A stretch of 64,000 nt of DNA from the human T2T-CHM13v2.0 reference genome, Homo sapiens. The DNA lies in NCBI RefSeq assembly GCF_009914755.1, contig NC_060928.1; one strand, 5' to 3'. The notes beneath the pieces were generated by a model. It was not told where the DNA came from and did no database searches. It worked only from the letters and a program-made list of their open reading frames with translations. How positions within the stretch are numbered: the first letter of the stretch is position 1; every line of letters begins with the position of its first letter. Both the position numbers and the translations under genes were made by a program. Positions 1 through 14,240 of the stretch are shown here, one piece after another.

Positions 1-1485
1 GGATGTTAGTACCCTGTTTGAAAGAATGAATATATTGCACAAAAATTTAATAAGGAAATATTGGGCTTGATCTGCACTTTAGAACAAATGGACCTAACAA
101 ACATATATAGAATTTTCCATCCAACAGCAGCAGAATTTATACTCTTCTCTAGCGTACATATTAGGCTGTTGCAAAAGTAACTGTGGTTCTTGCCATTTAA
201 AGTAATGGCAAATGTAACAATTACTTTTGCACCAACCTAATAGAACACTCTCCAGGATCGACCATATGTTAGGCCACAAAGCTAATCTTAACAAATTCAA
301 GAAGACTGAAATAATATTTAGTACTGACTGACCACAATAGTATAAAACCAGAAATGAGTACCAGGAGGAATCTTGGAATATTCACAAATATGTGGATATT
401 AAACAACATGCTCCTGAATGACCAAGGGTCAAAGCAGAAATCAAAGGGAAATTTCCAAATATCTTCAAAATAATGCCAATCATATAGGTTTTGACACAAC
501 ATATCAAAACCTATGGAATGCAGAACAAGTTCCAAGAGGGAAGTTTAAGTGTCTACATTAAAAAAGAAGAAAAATTCCTAACGAACAGCTTAACCTTATG
601 CTTCAATGAGCTAAAGAACAAATTAAACCTAATGTCAGCAAAAAAGGAAATGATAAAGATCAGAACTGAAATAAATCAAATGGTGACCAAATCAGCCATT
701 GAAAAACAATCAATAAAACCAAAATTGGCTCTTTGAAAAAAATAAGCAAAGTGACAAATCCCTAGTTAGAAAAAAAGAAGACTTAGTAAATAAAATCAGA
801 AATGAAAGTGGAGACATTACAACAGATGTCTTCCAAATTAAAGGATTATAAGGGAACGTTATGAGCAATTTTATTCCAACAAATTGAATAACCTAGAGGA
901 AATGGATAAATCATAGAGAAAAATAACCTACCATGATAGGATCAAGAAGAAAAAGAAAGTTTAAACATTCCAATAACAAAGAGATTGAAGCAGTAATTAA
1001 AAACCTGCCAACAAAGAAAAGCCAAGGATTAGACAGCTTCATGGCTGAATTCTTCAAATATTCAAAGAGAAATTATTACTAATACTTCACAATCTCTTCC
1101 AAAAAACAGACTGAGAAGTATTTCCAAACACTTTTTACAAGGCCAGCATCACCTTGATGTTTATGTCTGACAATGATGCTGGAAAAAAAAAGAAAACTAT
1201 AGGACAAATATCTCTAATAAACATCAATTTTAAAATCCTGAGTAAAATATTGGCAAACTAAATTCAACAAAACATTAAAAATATTGTACATCATGACCAG
1301 ATGGGATTTATCCCTGGCATGCAAAGCTGTTTTGACAGGCAAATTAATCAATGTGATCCATCACATTAACACAATGAAATATAAAATCCACATGATCATC
1401 TCAATTGACACATAAAAGGCATTTGACAAAGTTGCATTTCCTTTCTTAACAAAAAGTAACAGTTTTAAGTATAGAAGGAATATTA
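1..1485 (+). mobile_element. L1 (old L1M/L1MA-type) ORF2 remnant, endonuclease end to start of RT
   Basis: Degenerate ORF2 motifs: caaatggacctaacaaacatatatagaat, gaccatatgttaggccacaaa, catgaccagatgggatttatccctggcatgcaa. Many stops and frameshifts. Confidence 0.9.
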
Positions 1486-2040
1486 GGAATATTATTCAGC
1501 CTAATTAAAGAATGAGATCCTGCCATTTGCGACTACACGGATGGAACTGGAGGATATTACACAAAGTGAAATAAGCCAGACACAGAGAGAAAAATATTGA
1601 ATGATCTCACTTGCATATAGAATCTAAAGAAAATAAAAGTTCACACACATAGAGATAGAGAATAAAACAGTGGTTACCAGGGCGGAGTTACGGGAAAGGA
1701 AATGGTGAGATGTAGGTCAAATTAGACAAAATAGCAGGTATGATACACGTACTATGTACCCACGCAATTTTTCTTAAAAAAAACAAAGTAGTAAACATGT
1801 AAAATGAACAAGTCTAGAACTCTCATGCACACATGAACACTAGAGTTAATAAAATCAGATTGTATTAGGATTATTGTTAAATAAGATTTTAGCTGCTTCT
1901 TTCATAAAGGTAACTATGTGAGATGAGATACATTATAATTTACCTCACTACATTAATCATTTTACTACTATATGTGTCTCATAACATCATGTTGTAAACC
2001 TCAACTATGCAAAATAAAATTTATTTTGTAAAAAAGAAAT
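1486..2040 (+). mobile_element. L1MA-type ORF2 C-terminus and 3' UTR
   Basis: ggaatattattcagcc...gagatcctgccatttgcgac...gtgaaataagccagacacag, ending in an A-rich tail. Confidence 0.85.
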
Positions 2041-2589
2041 TATATCAGCAAATTAAATGTTATAACCGTCAGGGACAGTAAGCTGGTTCTACAGAGACTA
2101 GATTACTGGGGAGTTTCATGTATAGGAAAAATCTGACATCTGTAGGAAACTGACTCAGAATCTATTTGAACTATTGTCCCTAAGAGTAGGAAACAGGAAC
2201 TATTGACTTGATCATCTGAATTTGACTAGATTAATCCAGATTTGTCATAAACGTAAATTTTATGAAACTCGATTTAGAATTTTTCACCCTGTTCTATTAT
2301 TCCAAGGAAGTAATTTACATTAAAATCTCTCATATACTCAAGAAAAATGAATTACTTTTATGTCATCATTTTCACCTATGCATTCTAAAAATAAATCAGA
2401 TACAATATTCCATACATTAATTTCACTTCATTTTTAAATTTCTGTGACAATTTTGACTGATCATAAATGTGAGCCTTTTTTTCCACCCAGTTTGTCTAAT
2501 ATAGGATTTTTAAAACACACAGAAATGCATGCCTACAAAATGAGAATAAGTAACATTATACATCTTGAATGCATATGTATATATGTATA

Positions 2590-2949
2590 TGTATTAGTCG
2601 TTCTCACACGGCTACAAAGAACTACCTGAGACTGGGTAATTTATTAAGAAAAGAAGTTTGACAAAGAGTTCCACAGGCTTAACAGGAAGCATGACAGTGA
2701 GGCCTCAGGAAACTTACAATCATGGTGGAAGGTGAAGGGGAAGCAAGCATGTCTTACCATGGTGGAGCCAATGGATGGGGAGATTGAGGGAGTGCCACAC
2801 ACTTTTAAATGATCAGATCTCATTAGAACTCACTCACTATCATGAGAACAGTGAAGGGGAAATCCATCCATGACCAAATCACCTCCCACCAGGCCCCTCT
2901 TCCAATTAGACATGAGATTTGGTTGGGGACACAAATCCAAACCATTTCA
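2590..2949 (-). mobile_element. MaLR solo LTR (MSTA/THE1D-like)
   Basis: Starts tgtattagtc and ends gggacacaaatccaaaccatttca, the reverse of the THE1/MST termini. Internal gaggcctcaggaaacttacaatcatgg. Confidence 0.9.
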
Positions 2950-3725
2950 ATATATAATACTCATATTTGTATTTATGAAATGACCATTTTATTGACATAG
3001 TAATCAAATGTGTGTGTTTCTGATGCATAGACTGTATACATTTTGTAATAAACAGATGAATCCTTGTATGTGCATTAATATAAAAAAATTACTCCATAAT
3101 AATCAGACCCTTATAATATTATGTCAACACCAGTAAGTTCTCTACCTACATTTCATAATTGATTGCATTAATGTGACAAAAACTAAACAGAATTTATTGA
3201 TTATTGTGTATATATTTGTCAAGGGAATATTAATCTATTCATTAACCAGCAAGACGTTATGACCTTAAGCACCACTGGGTATTTTCTTCTTTCTCTGTTA
3301 AAATATCATTCTGATCCTACATTTATTGCAGGAATTTATCTGCTGTATTCAGTTTACTTTATTTTTTAACTCATAATCATGGTACATGAAATACTATGTC
3401 ACTGGCTCATGAATTATCTTTATTTATATCACTTAATTTATTAAAGTTACAATTAATCTAATCCCCAATTTGAGAACTATTACTTCATAAACGACTGGCA
3501 TCTTTCATTGTGTCTCTTTCATATTACAACTCCAATTCTCTCACAGGAATTGTCCTGTAAAGAATTTGTGTTTAATATTTCTCTTCCCATTTTCAAAGTT
3601 TAGTAACATATGCATTCATCTCTAAACAATAAATTGGTTTAGTATTTTATTATTGAACTTTTAAAAAACATATATGAGATTATTGATTATTTTCATTAAG
3701 GTAAGCAACATTAAAACTTGTATGT

Positions 3726-4117
<392 letters not shown>

Positions 4118-5377
4118 TCAATTATTTTCCTCCAGATGTTGCTATTATGACCTATGGTACTATAAAAGTATTATCTCCTTGTATGCATGTGCTAAGTTCC
4201 TCTTAGGTATCTATGATATCAGCCCACTGCTGTGTCATGAATGAATGTCAAAACTCAATGGCACAGGAAACTAGGCCTTCATTATCAGGATTACAGTTCT
4301 TTCTCTATGGTCCCCTTAGGGGGACCATACAAGGGTAGTGTCATACCACTTGTGTCTAATTATCCTAGGAAAGAAAGTTATGCAGATTGTATTTTTATGA
4401 TGATAGTGGAAGCTCCATTGTGCAAGTACATTTCAATCCTTCAATCATGTTATATCCATTAACATAGGTTTACCCAAACCTAAAGTTGACATCATTAGAA
4501 TGAGGAAGGATATCCTGCCTACAATTGGAGAGACAGGAAAGTGAAAATTTTGAAAACTAATCCAAACTATCACCAAGTCCTAGCAGTAGTATGATTATAT
4601 CATACTGTATGTGAATATTGTGTCTTACACTTCAACGTCTAATTGTTTTCCAGAGTGGTTACATCAAATTATATTCCCACCCATTGATTCTGTATGATAT
4701 CGCATTGATTCTCATTCTATTCTACACTTCCTCTATTAAAATTTTAATTTTTAACCTTGAAATGGGAATTAAATGAATGTCATTATATTATTTATTTTCA
4801 TTTCATTGACCTTTAATATTAAATTACTTGGATGTATATGTGTTGTCTGCTGTAAAATATTAACTTATCTGTTTTACGTAGTTTCTATGTATTGCTTGTT
4901 TTAATCTTATATGTCTACGTAGGTCTATGATCCATTTCAAGTTGACTTTTATGTAAGATGAGAAGTTTTGAGTCTAAATTCATCTTTTTGCACGTGGAAT
5001 CAAATAGTCTCTAAACAATTTGTTGGTAGGACTCTTCTTTTGCAAATAAATTGCCTTGGTGTTATTGTTGAAAATCAAACTGCCATAAATGAAAGGGTTC
5101 ATTTCTTTATTTTTATTTTCAACTCTATCTCATTGGTCTATATGTCTATAACTTGTACCAGTACCACAATGTCTTGATTACTGAGTGGCAACAGTGTTGA
5201 AGAAAACCTGCTGAAATTTTGATAGGGTTTCCATTGAATCTATAAATCAGATTTGTAGTAGCATTTAAATTCTTAAAGTTTAGGTCTTCCACTTTCTTTA
5301 AATGTTAAGAGTGCTTGGCTATTAGCAGTATTTCACATTTTCATAGAAATTTTAAAAATAGTTGGTCAATTTATGCA

Positions 5378-5755
5378 AGAGGGAGAAGAAAGAGAAAGAA
5401 GGAGAAGGGGAAGGGGAAGGGAAAGAAGAAATAGAAGAAGAAAAGAGGAAGAAGAAGCGGAAGAAGAAGAAGGAGGAGGAGAGGAAGGAGGAGAAGAGGA
5501 GGAGGAGGGAGAAGGGAGAGGGGAGGGAGGAGGAGGGAGAAGGGAGAGGGGAGGGAGGAGGGAGAAGGGAGAGGGGAGGGAGGAGGAGGGAGAAGGGAGA
5601 GGGGAGGGAGGAGGGAGAAGGGAGAGGGGAGGGAAGAGGAGGGAGAAATGAGTAGGGAGAAGGGAGGAGTGGGAGGGGGAGGGGAGGGGGAAGGAGAGAA
5701 GGAGAAGGAGAAAGAAGAAAGAAGAAAAGGAGGACGATGAGAAGGGAGAGGAGGT
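5378..5755. repeat. Polypurine (GA-rich) tract with a ~28-31 bp minisatellite core
   Basis: Almost pure A/G. The unit ggagggagaagggagaggggaggga is repeated 4-5 times at about 5503-5650. Confidence 0.95.
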
Positions 5756-6016
5756 GGCAACAATGGCGAAGAAAAACCTGCTGCAGTTTTGATAGGGTTT
5801 TCATTGAATCTGTCAATCAGTTTGGGGATGATAACCTTCATCATAATATGGAGTTTTCCAATCTGTAAAAATATATTATCTCTTTTATTTAAACCCTCTT
5901 TCATTTGTTTCAGCTTCTTTTTTAAGTTTTCAATGTGCAAACTTTATGAGACTTTTGTAAAATCATCCTTAAATATTTCATTATTTTTGATGCTACTGTG
6001 AATGGAACTGTCTTAG

Positions 6017-6149
6017 TTTCATTTTTGGATTGTTTTTACTATACAGAGATACAACTAATTTTTGTACATTGGTTAACTTTGCAGAATATAAGACCGATGT
6101 ACAAAAATTAGTTGTATCTCTGTATAGTATAAACAATCCAAAAATGAAA
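6017..6149. repeat. Inverted repeat, 57-bp arms, 19-bp spacer
   Basis: 6017-6073 matches the reverse complement of 6093-6149 at 55/57 positions. Confidence 0.95.
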
Positions 6150-9100
6150 TCACAAGTTATATGAAGTATGACTTTATTAGTTCTAGTACTTGTTGCTTTT
6201 GTGTGTGACTCTCTTCAGATTTTCTGCATTCAGTATTATTTAATGAGTCAATAGAGTTTTACTTATTCCTTTTGAATCTGAATAACTGCATTTCACTTTC
6301 TTGCCTGATTACACTACAAAACTTTTAATACAAAATTGAATGTATGTGATGAAAATGGATATCTCTGCACTGTTTCTGATCTAAAGAAGTATTCACTCTT
6401 TTAAGTTATTCATAGGATTGTTTTATTTAAATACCTTTTATCACACTGAGGAAATGCACTTCTATTCCAAAAATGTTGAGCATATTTTTTCTAATCACTA
6501 ATGGGTGTTGGATTTTGTCAAATGATTTTTCTGCATCTGTCTGTTGAGATGATAATGTATTGCTCTGTCATTTAATTTATATTATGATGTATTTCATTAA
6601 TTCATTTTTGGATATTAAGTCTTCCTGGCATATATCACATAAATCCACTTATTCAAAAAAGATATTCCCCCCTCACCATTTCTAGAAATACTTGTGAAAA
6701 TTTGGTCTTATTATTTTTCTAAATGTTTCACAGAATTATGGTACTAGGATTTTCTTTGTGGAAACATTTTTAAAAACTAATTCAATTTCTTGTTAGATTT
6801 TCCATTTTTCCTTAAGTCAATTTTAGCAACTCATATCCTTTTAGAATTTTTCTATTTCATATAGCTATTTCATATATAATTTGTTTATGCACACTTTTTG
6901 TAAACTTTTAAAAGAAGCTTTTTTTGTTTGGGTTTTTCTATAGTTTTTCTGTTTTATCGATTTCACCTCTAGTAATTATTTTTATTTATTTCTGTTTGCT
7001 TTGGGTTTAGTTTGTTATTCTTTTCTTGTTTCTTAATGTCGACACTTAGGTTATTGACATGAGATCTTTCTTCTTTTCTAATATAGGCAGTTAATTATAA
7101 ATATCTCCAATATTATGCAGACATGCAGTTACGTGGTGTCAAAAACAGCATACAAAATAGTTGTTTGCTTAAGGTTAGAGTTATAGTCTAATTTTCACAG
7201 AATTCAAAGGGAATTAATTGTTCATTAGTGCCTTCCATCCCTTATTCATGTTACCTCTTTTCAATTTGCAATTTACAATCTCCTCTCTACCAAAATAAAT
7301 TCAAGGCAGCTTCACTTGGCTATGATAATTTAAAAAATCATATCCCTGTTCTTTGGGGGTTATCGTCTCTTAATTCAGACTATTTTTCTTCTCATGAAGC
7401 TACATATATATTTCAATTATTCATTTCCATATTGTTATAGTTGGGATGGACAGAGGGGGGAGTGAGGTAATCATATTGGAACTTATGTGTGGAACATTTG
7501 CAAAAAAATGAGACTATTTACACTGAAAATTAGCATGCTTTTAGCCAGTTTTTTTACATTTTATGAGAAAAATGTCTCTCTCATCAATTAATTGTGAGTA
7601 CATTTCCCGGGGTCTCCTTTAGTAATCCGGGCTGCTACTTCAAAGGGAAAAAAAAGCAATAGAATTTTGAAGCCTTTGGATGAGAAATAGTAATATGAGT
7701 ACCAAAAAAGCTATTTTTTTACTTAATAATATTATTTGTTATTTGAAACTCTATATGAAACATGTATCGTATGACCCCTACATATAGTGATATTTTATAA
7801 AAAGTTACTACAACAAAATGCCCAATAAGTTCTTCAATTAAATATTGCTCTATGCATACTTAGTTCTATGGACTGCACCTGATATGGAAACACCAAGGTA
7901 TAATTCTAATTAAGAAAGTAAAGAACAACAAATATGTTGGATATTATAACTCTAGCTCAGTAATTTTTAAATAATACTTTTTTCTTTCTATATGCATTCA
8001 AAAATTCCTCTAGTATTTACATGTCAAAGGGGGTTGAAATTAAGTACAAATATCTTAAATTGTTAAACTTTTCCTAATATTAAGAGATTTTATGGTTGAA
8101 CATCAGAGGTTGATGGATATACTTGGCTATGACAAGATTATGTAAGATTTTTATATGCAAAATACCAAATGCCAGATGTTCTTTATCTCTGTTAGATGAA
8201 AAACAAATACAAATGAGGTCAAGTACTCAATGTGCATAGTGTGACATTTAAAAATATTTCTATCACACATCTTGTTTTCAGTAACATTTTAAACCTGTCA
8301 GTGGATAAAATTAAACGGCACTCCCAAACATGTCATTAAATTAAAACCTGAAAAGAGACTACTCATTTAATTATCTGATCTTAAATTTCTGACAGTGAAA
8401 AGAGGATTACATCAATGTTTAAAATTCAAGGGGAAAGAAAGGAAATTATATTGGCAGGGCTCTGAAACATGACTTAAATTTCATGAGTTTAGATGTTTGT
8501 AATAACTATTCATCTATGATATAAATGAGATAAGCTTATATTGACTTGTGCATTCTCAGGAGAAAAATTAAAAATGTGTATCTTTAAGCAAGTAAAGAAC
8601 AAAGCCTGTTTTACATAATGATATACTGGCGACAGCTGCATGACAGTCTAGAAGAAATAAGGCTATGGTAGGCAATGATTCATCATAAAAATAACTGTTA
8701 TAAAATCATTTGCAAACAAAATCATTATAAAACTAACCACATCTTTCATTATCTGCCAAGTTTTTGTAATTGTTAAATTATACTAATCCGGTGGATGACA
8801 GACTCATCAATAATGGAGAAACTTCATAAATTAAACAAGAAAAAAAACTTTGTAGAAATTACAGTAAAAGTAAAATTATTACTGGCTGCCAAGAATTTAA
8901 GATCTATTCTTACACAGTATGATAGGTACCATATGCTGATTATTTATAATTATTTGAACATTACTGAGAATGCTTGACTTCTTTTACTGGTGAAAACACT
9001 TGTTTGTTTTCAGGATTTCAAAAGTGAACAGTGGAGTGATATCCAATTCAATAGTAGTTGGAAAAACAGAGATTTGACCCGAAGTTTCTAGATTTAAAAA

Positions 9101-9883
9101 CTATAGAAATAATTTTTCAAGTGAGACATATTATCACTATCTAATCATTTCATTATGGGCCTCAAAAATTTTGTTTACTCAACAACTACTTTCAGCTTTT
9201 TTATGCTAGACACTGATCAAAGCTTAGACAAAACAGTGAATAAACAGACAAAATTACTTGCCTTAAAGAGGCTTATATTCTAGTAGGAAAAGAGAACAAA
9301 AAACAACACAAAAATAAAATAAAATATATAAAAGTTGGATTGTTACAAATCCTAATGAAAAAATATATAAGCCAGAGAAAGTTTTGAGTTGGGATGTGGG
9401 CTGCAATTTTCATTAGAGTAACCAGAGAAAGATTCCCTAAGAAAGAGGTTTTGAGCAAAATCTGAAAGAGGTAAGATAATTTCCAGTAATTTTACCCAGA
9501 AAAAGAACTCTAGAATGAGGAAAGAGCAAGTACAATACTCTGAGATGAGAGTAGGCTTCTATTTCTGAAAAACAGAAAAGAGGTAACTGGTTACAGAAAA
9601 ATGAAGAACAGGTAAATATGTAGGAGAAAGGAGGCAGATATAGGAGGGGGACACAAATCATATAAGGTCCTTAGTTCTAATTATGAATAAGATAGGAATT
9701 CAATGGAGGTTTTACAGCAAAATAGCGACATAGTTTGACACGTCTCACAAGAATCACTTGAATTTATCAGTTGAGTGTAAACTATAGAGAAAAAGGACAA
9801 AAACAGAAATAACAAATAATAGACAATAAGCCACTCAGAGATAAAAGGGGTTTGGACCAGGCTAGTAGAAATGTAAGTGGTAA

Positions 9884-10202
<319 letters not shown>

Positions 10203-10499
10203 TGAATTCTAAATATAATTTGAAGGTACTACCAACAGAATTTACTGAGTGATTGGCTCAGAAGAGTGAAAGAAACAAGAATCAATAACAAATTCAAGGT
10301 ATTTGGCCTATGAAACTAGAATGGAGTTGCCATTTTTTGAGTAAAAAAATCAAAGAAATATAGTGGATTTGAGGGAAATAGGAATTTGTTTATGGATATC
10401 CTTAAGTAGTAATGGTGATTAAAATTGGGCATATTGAATCAGCATACATAAAAATATGAAGCTCAGATAAAAGGCCCAGGTTGTCAGTATACATTTGAG

Positions 10500-11100
10500 C
10501 ATCCGTTTGAATCAGCTTTATTATTACTTAGGTATGATAAGGCTAGCAGACCAGGAAATTACTGCCCTTAAAAAGATAGTTTATGATACTCCAAGTCCCC
10601 GAGAGAGAAAACACGTCGCACCGTGAGGCACTACACGGGAAAGCACTGGTGTCAGTCATGAGGCAGAGAGGGAAGAAAGAACTGTGGACAAGAGCCTTTA
10701 TTTTGGTTTCCACTGAAAGAAACAGGTGAAGCAGGGTAAACGGTCTTATAATTGGGTGTTTTGAAAAACTTCAACAGGCTCTGGAGCATAGGGGCTGTGC
10801 CTGGTTGTCTGGCACTTGGGCCTGGGGTGATTAGGGCAGATTTTTAGTGACCTGAAGCATGAAATCTCAATAAGTGAAGTAGGTGGGAGTGTAGACTTGG
10901 ATTGCTTGGTCTGTTTTTGAAAAGTTCACCGTCAGGAGAAGGACTATTCTCAAGTAGGAGGAATGAAGAAGGAGGCAGGAAGCTAAAATGAATCTGGTAC
11001 TATCAGGTTGTCCAGAGCAAGATGTATCTAGCATATGTATGCAGGGGAGACACTAAAAATCAAATATACAGAAACTTGAAGAAATATGATGAATATAAAG
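10500..11100. mobile_element. LTR-like element (probably ERVL class), family unassigned
   Basis: GC-richer block inside the L2: aggctagcagaccaggaaattactgcc...aaagatagtttatgatactc, resembling old ERVL LTRs. Confidence 0.5.
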
Positions 11101-11674
11101 TTGTCACTGATAGGTGGTATTTGAATCCATGATTATGAATGAGATCTTTAAGGCAGGCATAAAAAGCAAAGTATTTAGAATGAATTGGTCAACAGGTAGA
11201 ATAAAATGCATTAGGAGTATCCTAGGACTCTAGTAAAAAAAATTTTTTTTCAAAGAAAAGGTAATGATTTATTTGTCAAATGTTGTCTGAGAAGAAAAAA
11301 GGAGGTAAGGACTGAGACCAGATCATTTTATTTAAAATGTTGTTAATAAATTACATAACTAAAAACAGCTTCAGAGATAAGCAGCAGAGTAGATATCAAA
11401 ATTTTTCAGGATTTCAAAAGTGAACAGTGGAGTGATATCCACAAATATGGCAGGGTAAGGTAACTGAAAATTCTCTGCTTCTCAATAAGCTGACAAAAAT
11501 GATACATATTGTCAAAATAAATGTTTCAGAAATGTAGATATTAACTGAAGGCTTGCAGCAACCTGGAACAGTTGTTCCCATAATGCTGGCTGAATCCAGG
11601 CCAGAATAACAAGTTTTGCATTATTTTAACTTGCCCAATTCCCATCTCCCCCTCTCTAACTCTTCAGCAGTCTT

Positions 11675-11734
<60 letters not shown>

Positions 11735-11735
11735 A
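11675..11735 (+). repeat. (GAAA)n microsatellite, about 15 units
   Basis: Direct reading of the sequence. Confidence 0.97.
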
Positions 11736-13911
11736 TAAAAGGTAAAACCAGCAGCCTGATAGCCATTAGAGGGGACATAATGTGGTTGGAACAGTGCTCT
11801 TACACCTTATTCTTAAATAACTGACATTATTTGAACTACCTGGTGGATCCTGGAAGATCCCTCTTATGAGGCTGTCTTTATTTTGACCTGACTTGGGTCT
11901 CCTAAGCTGAAAAAGTCTCTTCCCTGGAAATGTTGGTTGAAAACAACTTGAAGGAAATTTCTTGACTTCACAGCTGCCTAAGAAAATGGATAACAGCTGA
12001 AGAAAGCAATAGCAGAAGCAAAATATTTAAAGAAAAATATAGGAACATGTCCATTAGAACTTAGAAAAGCTAAAAAACTCCTGGGAATGTAAAAGACCAC
12101 ACACGTGTGGGGCTGAGGGCATGGTCAAGAAAAACCTGAGAAGGACATAATTTCTCACCTCCAGTTGATCTTGAGGCTCTTCAATAGCAGAAAGTGCCAG
12201 CAATGCCCAGCCACGCTTGCCACCCAAGGGCCTTGGGACTGTGCCAACCAGGCCACCACCACTATCACTGGTACCCACGAGCACCTACTGCCACCACTGA
12301 AGCCAAGGATGCCACCTAGTGGCCCGAGGACCAGCCTGCCTGGGTCCACCATGTTGGACTCATGTATGTCACCCAGAGGCCCCAAAACAGGCACACTTGG
12401 CCCATTTTGGCCACCACTGGTGCCTGAGGACCAAACTACCTGGCATCCCCATCCCCAGAAAACCCTCACCAGAGCCTCTACTAACAACCGCAGCCCAAGT
12501 AACTGAACACAGACACCACTGATACTGATTATACCCAAAGAAATAAGGAAGAGAATATACTACTTTACCCACCTGGAATCAAAGCAAAAGCATGCTACCA
12601 AATCTTCATCATAGTTACATTTATAGGGAAAGTCTTTCTCTATGAAAGCAAATCTATAAAATTCAAAGAAGACACTGTTAAATCAGATGCACAGATTATC
12701 AAGGTAAGGACACAAGAAACATGAAAAAACAAGAAAACATGACACCACCAAACGAAAACAATAATTCTCCAGTAACAGATTTTAAAGAAAAAGAAATCTA
12801 TAAAAATGACTGGAAATCATTCAAAACAATCTTATAAAGGAAGTTCAGTGAGATACAAGAGAACACACACAAAAAATCAAGAAAATCAGAAAAGCAATAC
12901 ACAATATGAATGAGAAGTTCAACGAAGAGACTGATATCATACAAAAAGGCAAACAGAAGTCCTGAAGCTGAAAATTTCAATGAATGAAATAAAAAATATA
13001 ATTGAGAGCTTTAACAATAGACTAGATAAAGCAGAAGAAAGAATTTATAAAGGTGAAGACAGACCTTTTAAAACAACCCAGTCAGGCAAAAACAAAGAAT
13101 AAGAGGCAATAAAGAAAGCCTACATGACAAATAGGATACCATAAGATGACAAAATATTCAAAATATTCAAATTTTGGGATTTATAGATATATGAAGAGAT
13201 AGGGGAAGGCATAAAAAACATATGTCATGAAATAATAGCTGAAAACTTCCCAAGTCTTGCAAGAGATACAGACTTACAGATACAAGATAATTAAATACAG
13301 TCAACCCAAAAATATTCAAACAAAAAGGGTTTACTCTAAGGCACATTATAGCCAAAGACAAAGAGAGCTTTAAACACATCAAGTGAAAAATGTTAAGTCA
13401 CATATAAGGGAATCCCCATTAGACTAACAGTGCATTTCTACAGAAACCTTATAGGCCATGAAACAATGTGTTGAAGTCTTCAAAGTACTGAGAGAAAAAA
13501 AAAAACTGCCATTCAAAACTACTTCACTCAGAAAAACTAACTTCAGTAATGAAGGAGAAATAAAGTATTTCCCATACAAGCAAAAACTGAGAGAATTCAT
13601 CACCAGTAGATCAGCCGTCCAAGAAATGCAAAGAGATTCGAATATCTGGAAGTAAAAGGATGATATCTACCATCAGGAAAAAACATGAAAGTATACAACT
13701 CACTAGTAGAGTAGGTACACAAATGAGAAGAGATGTCAAAAGACATCACTATTTAAAAAACCATCAAATTATAAAAGTAAACAATAGAAAAGAAGAAAGG
13801 AACAAAGGATATACAAACAATCAGAAAATAAATCACAAAATGACAAGAGTAAGAGGTCATTTATCAATAACAACCTTGAATGTAAGTGGTTTAAATTCTT
13901 CTGTTAAGATC

Positions 13912-14240
13912 TAGAGAACATAATCCTAAGTCAACTAACAGAGAAACATAAAATAAAGCATGGCATGTTATCATCTATAAGTGAGAACTAAACACGGAGT
14001 ACACATGGACAAAAAGAAGGGAACAAAAGACACCAGGGCCTACTTGAGGGTAGAGGCTGAGAGGAGGATGAGAATTGAAAAACTACCTATTAGGTAATAT
14101 GCTTATTATCTGGGTGATAAAACGGTCTGTACGCCAAGCCCCCGTGACATGCCATTTACCTACACATGTACCCCTGAACCTAAAATAAAAGTTAAAAAAA
14201 TAATAATTTAATGTTTTTAAACAATAAATAAATAAATACA
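13912..14240 (+). mobile_element. 5'-truncated L1PA13-16-like 3' end nested at the start of the host ORF2
   Basis: gagtacacatggacaaaaagaagggaacaaaagacaccagggcctacttgagggtagagg..., with an A-rich tail. The host resumes at ttccaattaaaaggcatag. Confidence 0.85.

Larger units (their letters stand above)
4580..7110 (-). mobile_element. Old L1M ORF2 remnant interrupted by a GA-rich tract and local duplications
   Basis: Antisense L1 motifs: ccagtaccacaatgtcttgattactg, gatagggttttcattgaatctg, gggtgttggattttgtcaaatg. Confidence 0.8.

Noticed and set aside
5352-5940. Long ORFs of 92-189 aa (E/G/R-rich or P/S/L-rich)
   Set aside because: Artefacts of the stop-free polypurine tract.
12054-12572. Overlapping GC-rich ORFs
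   Set aside because: They lie in an L1 5' UTR, and GC content explains the open frames.
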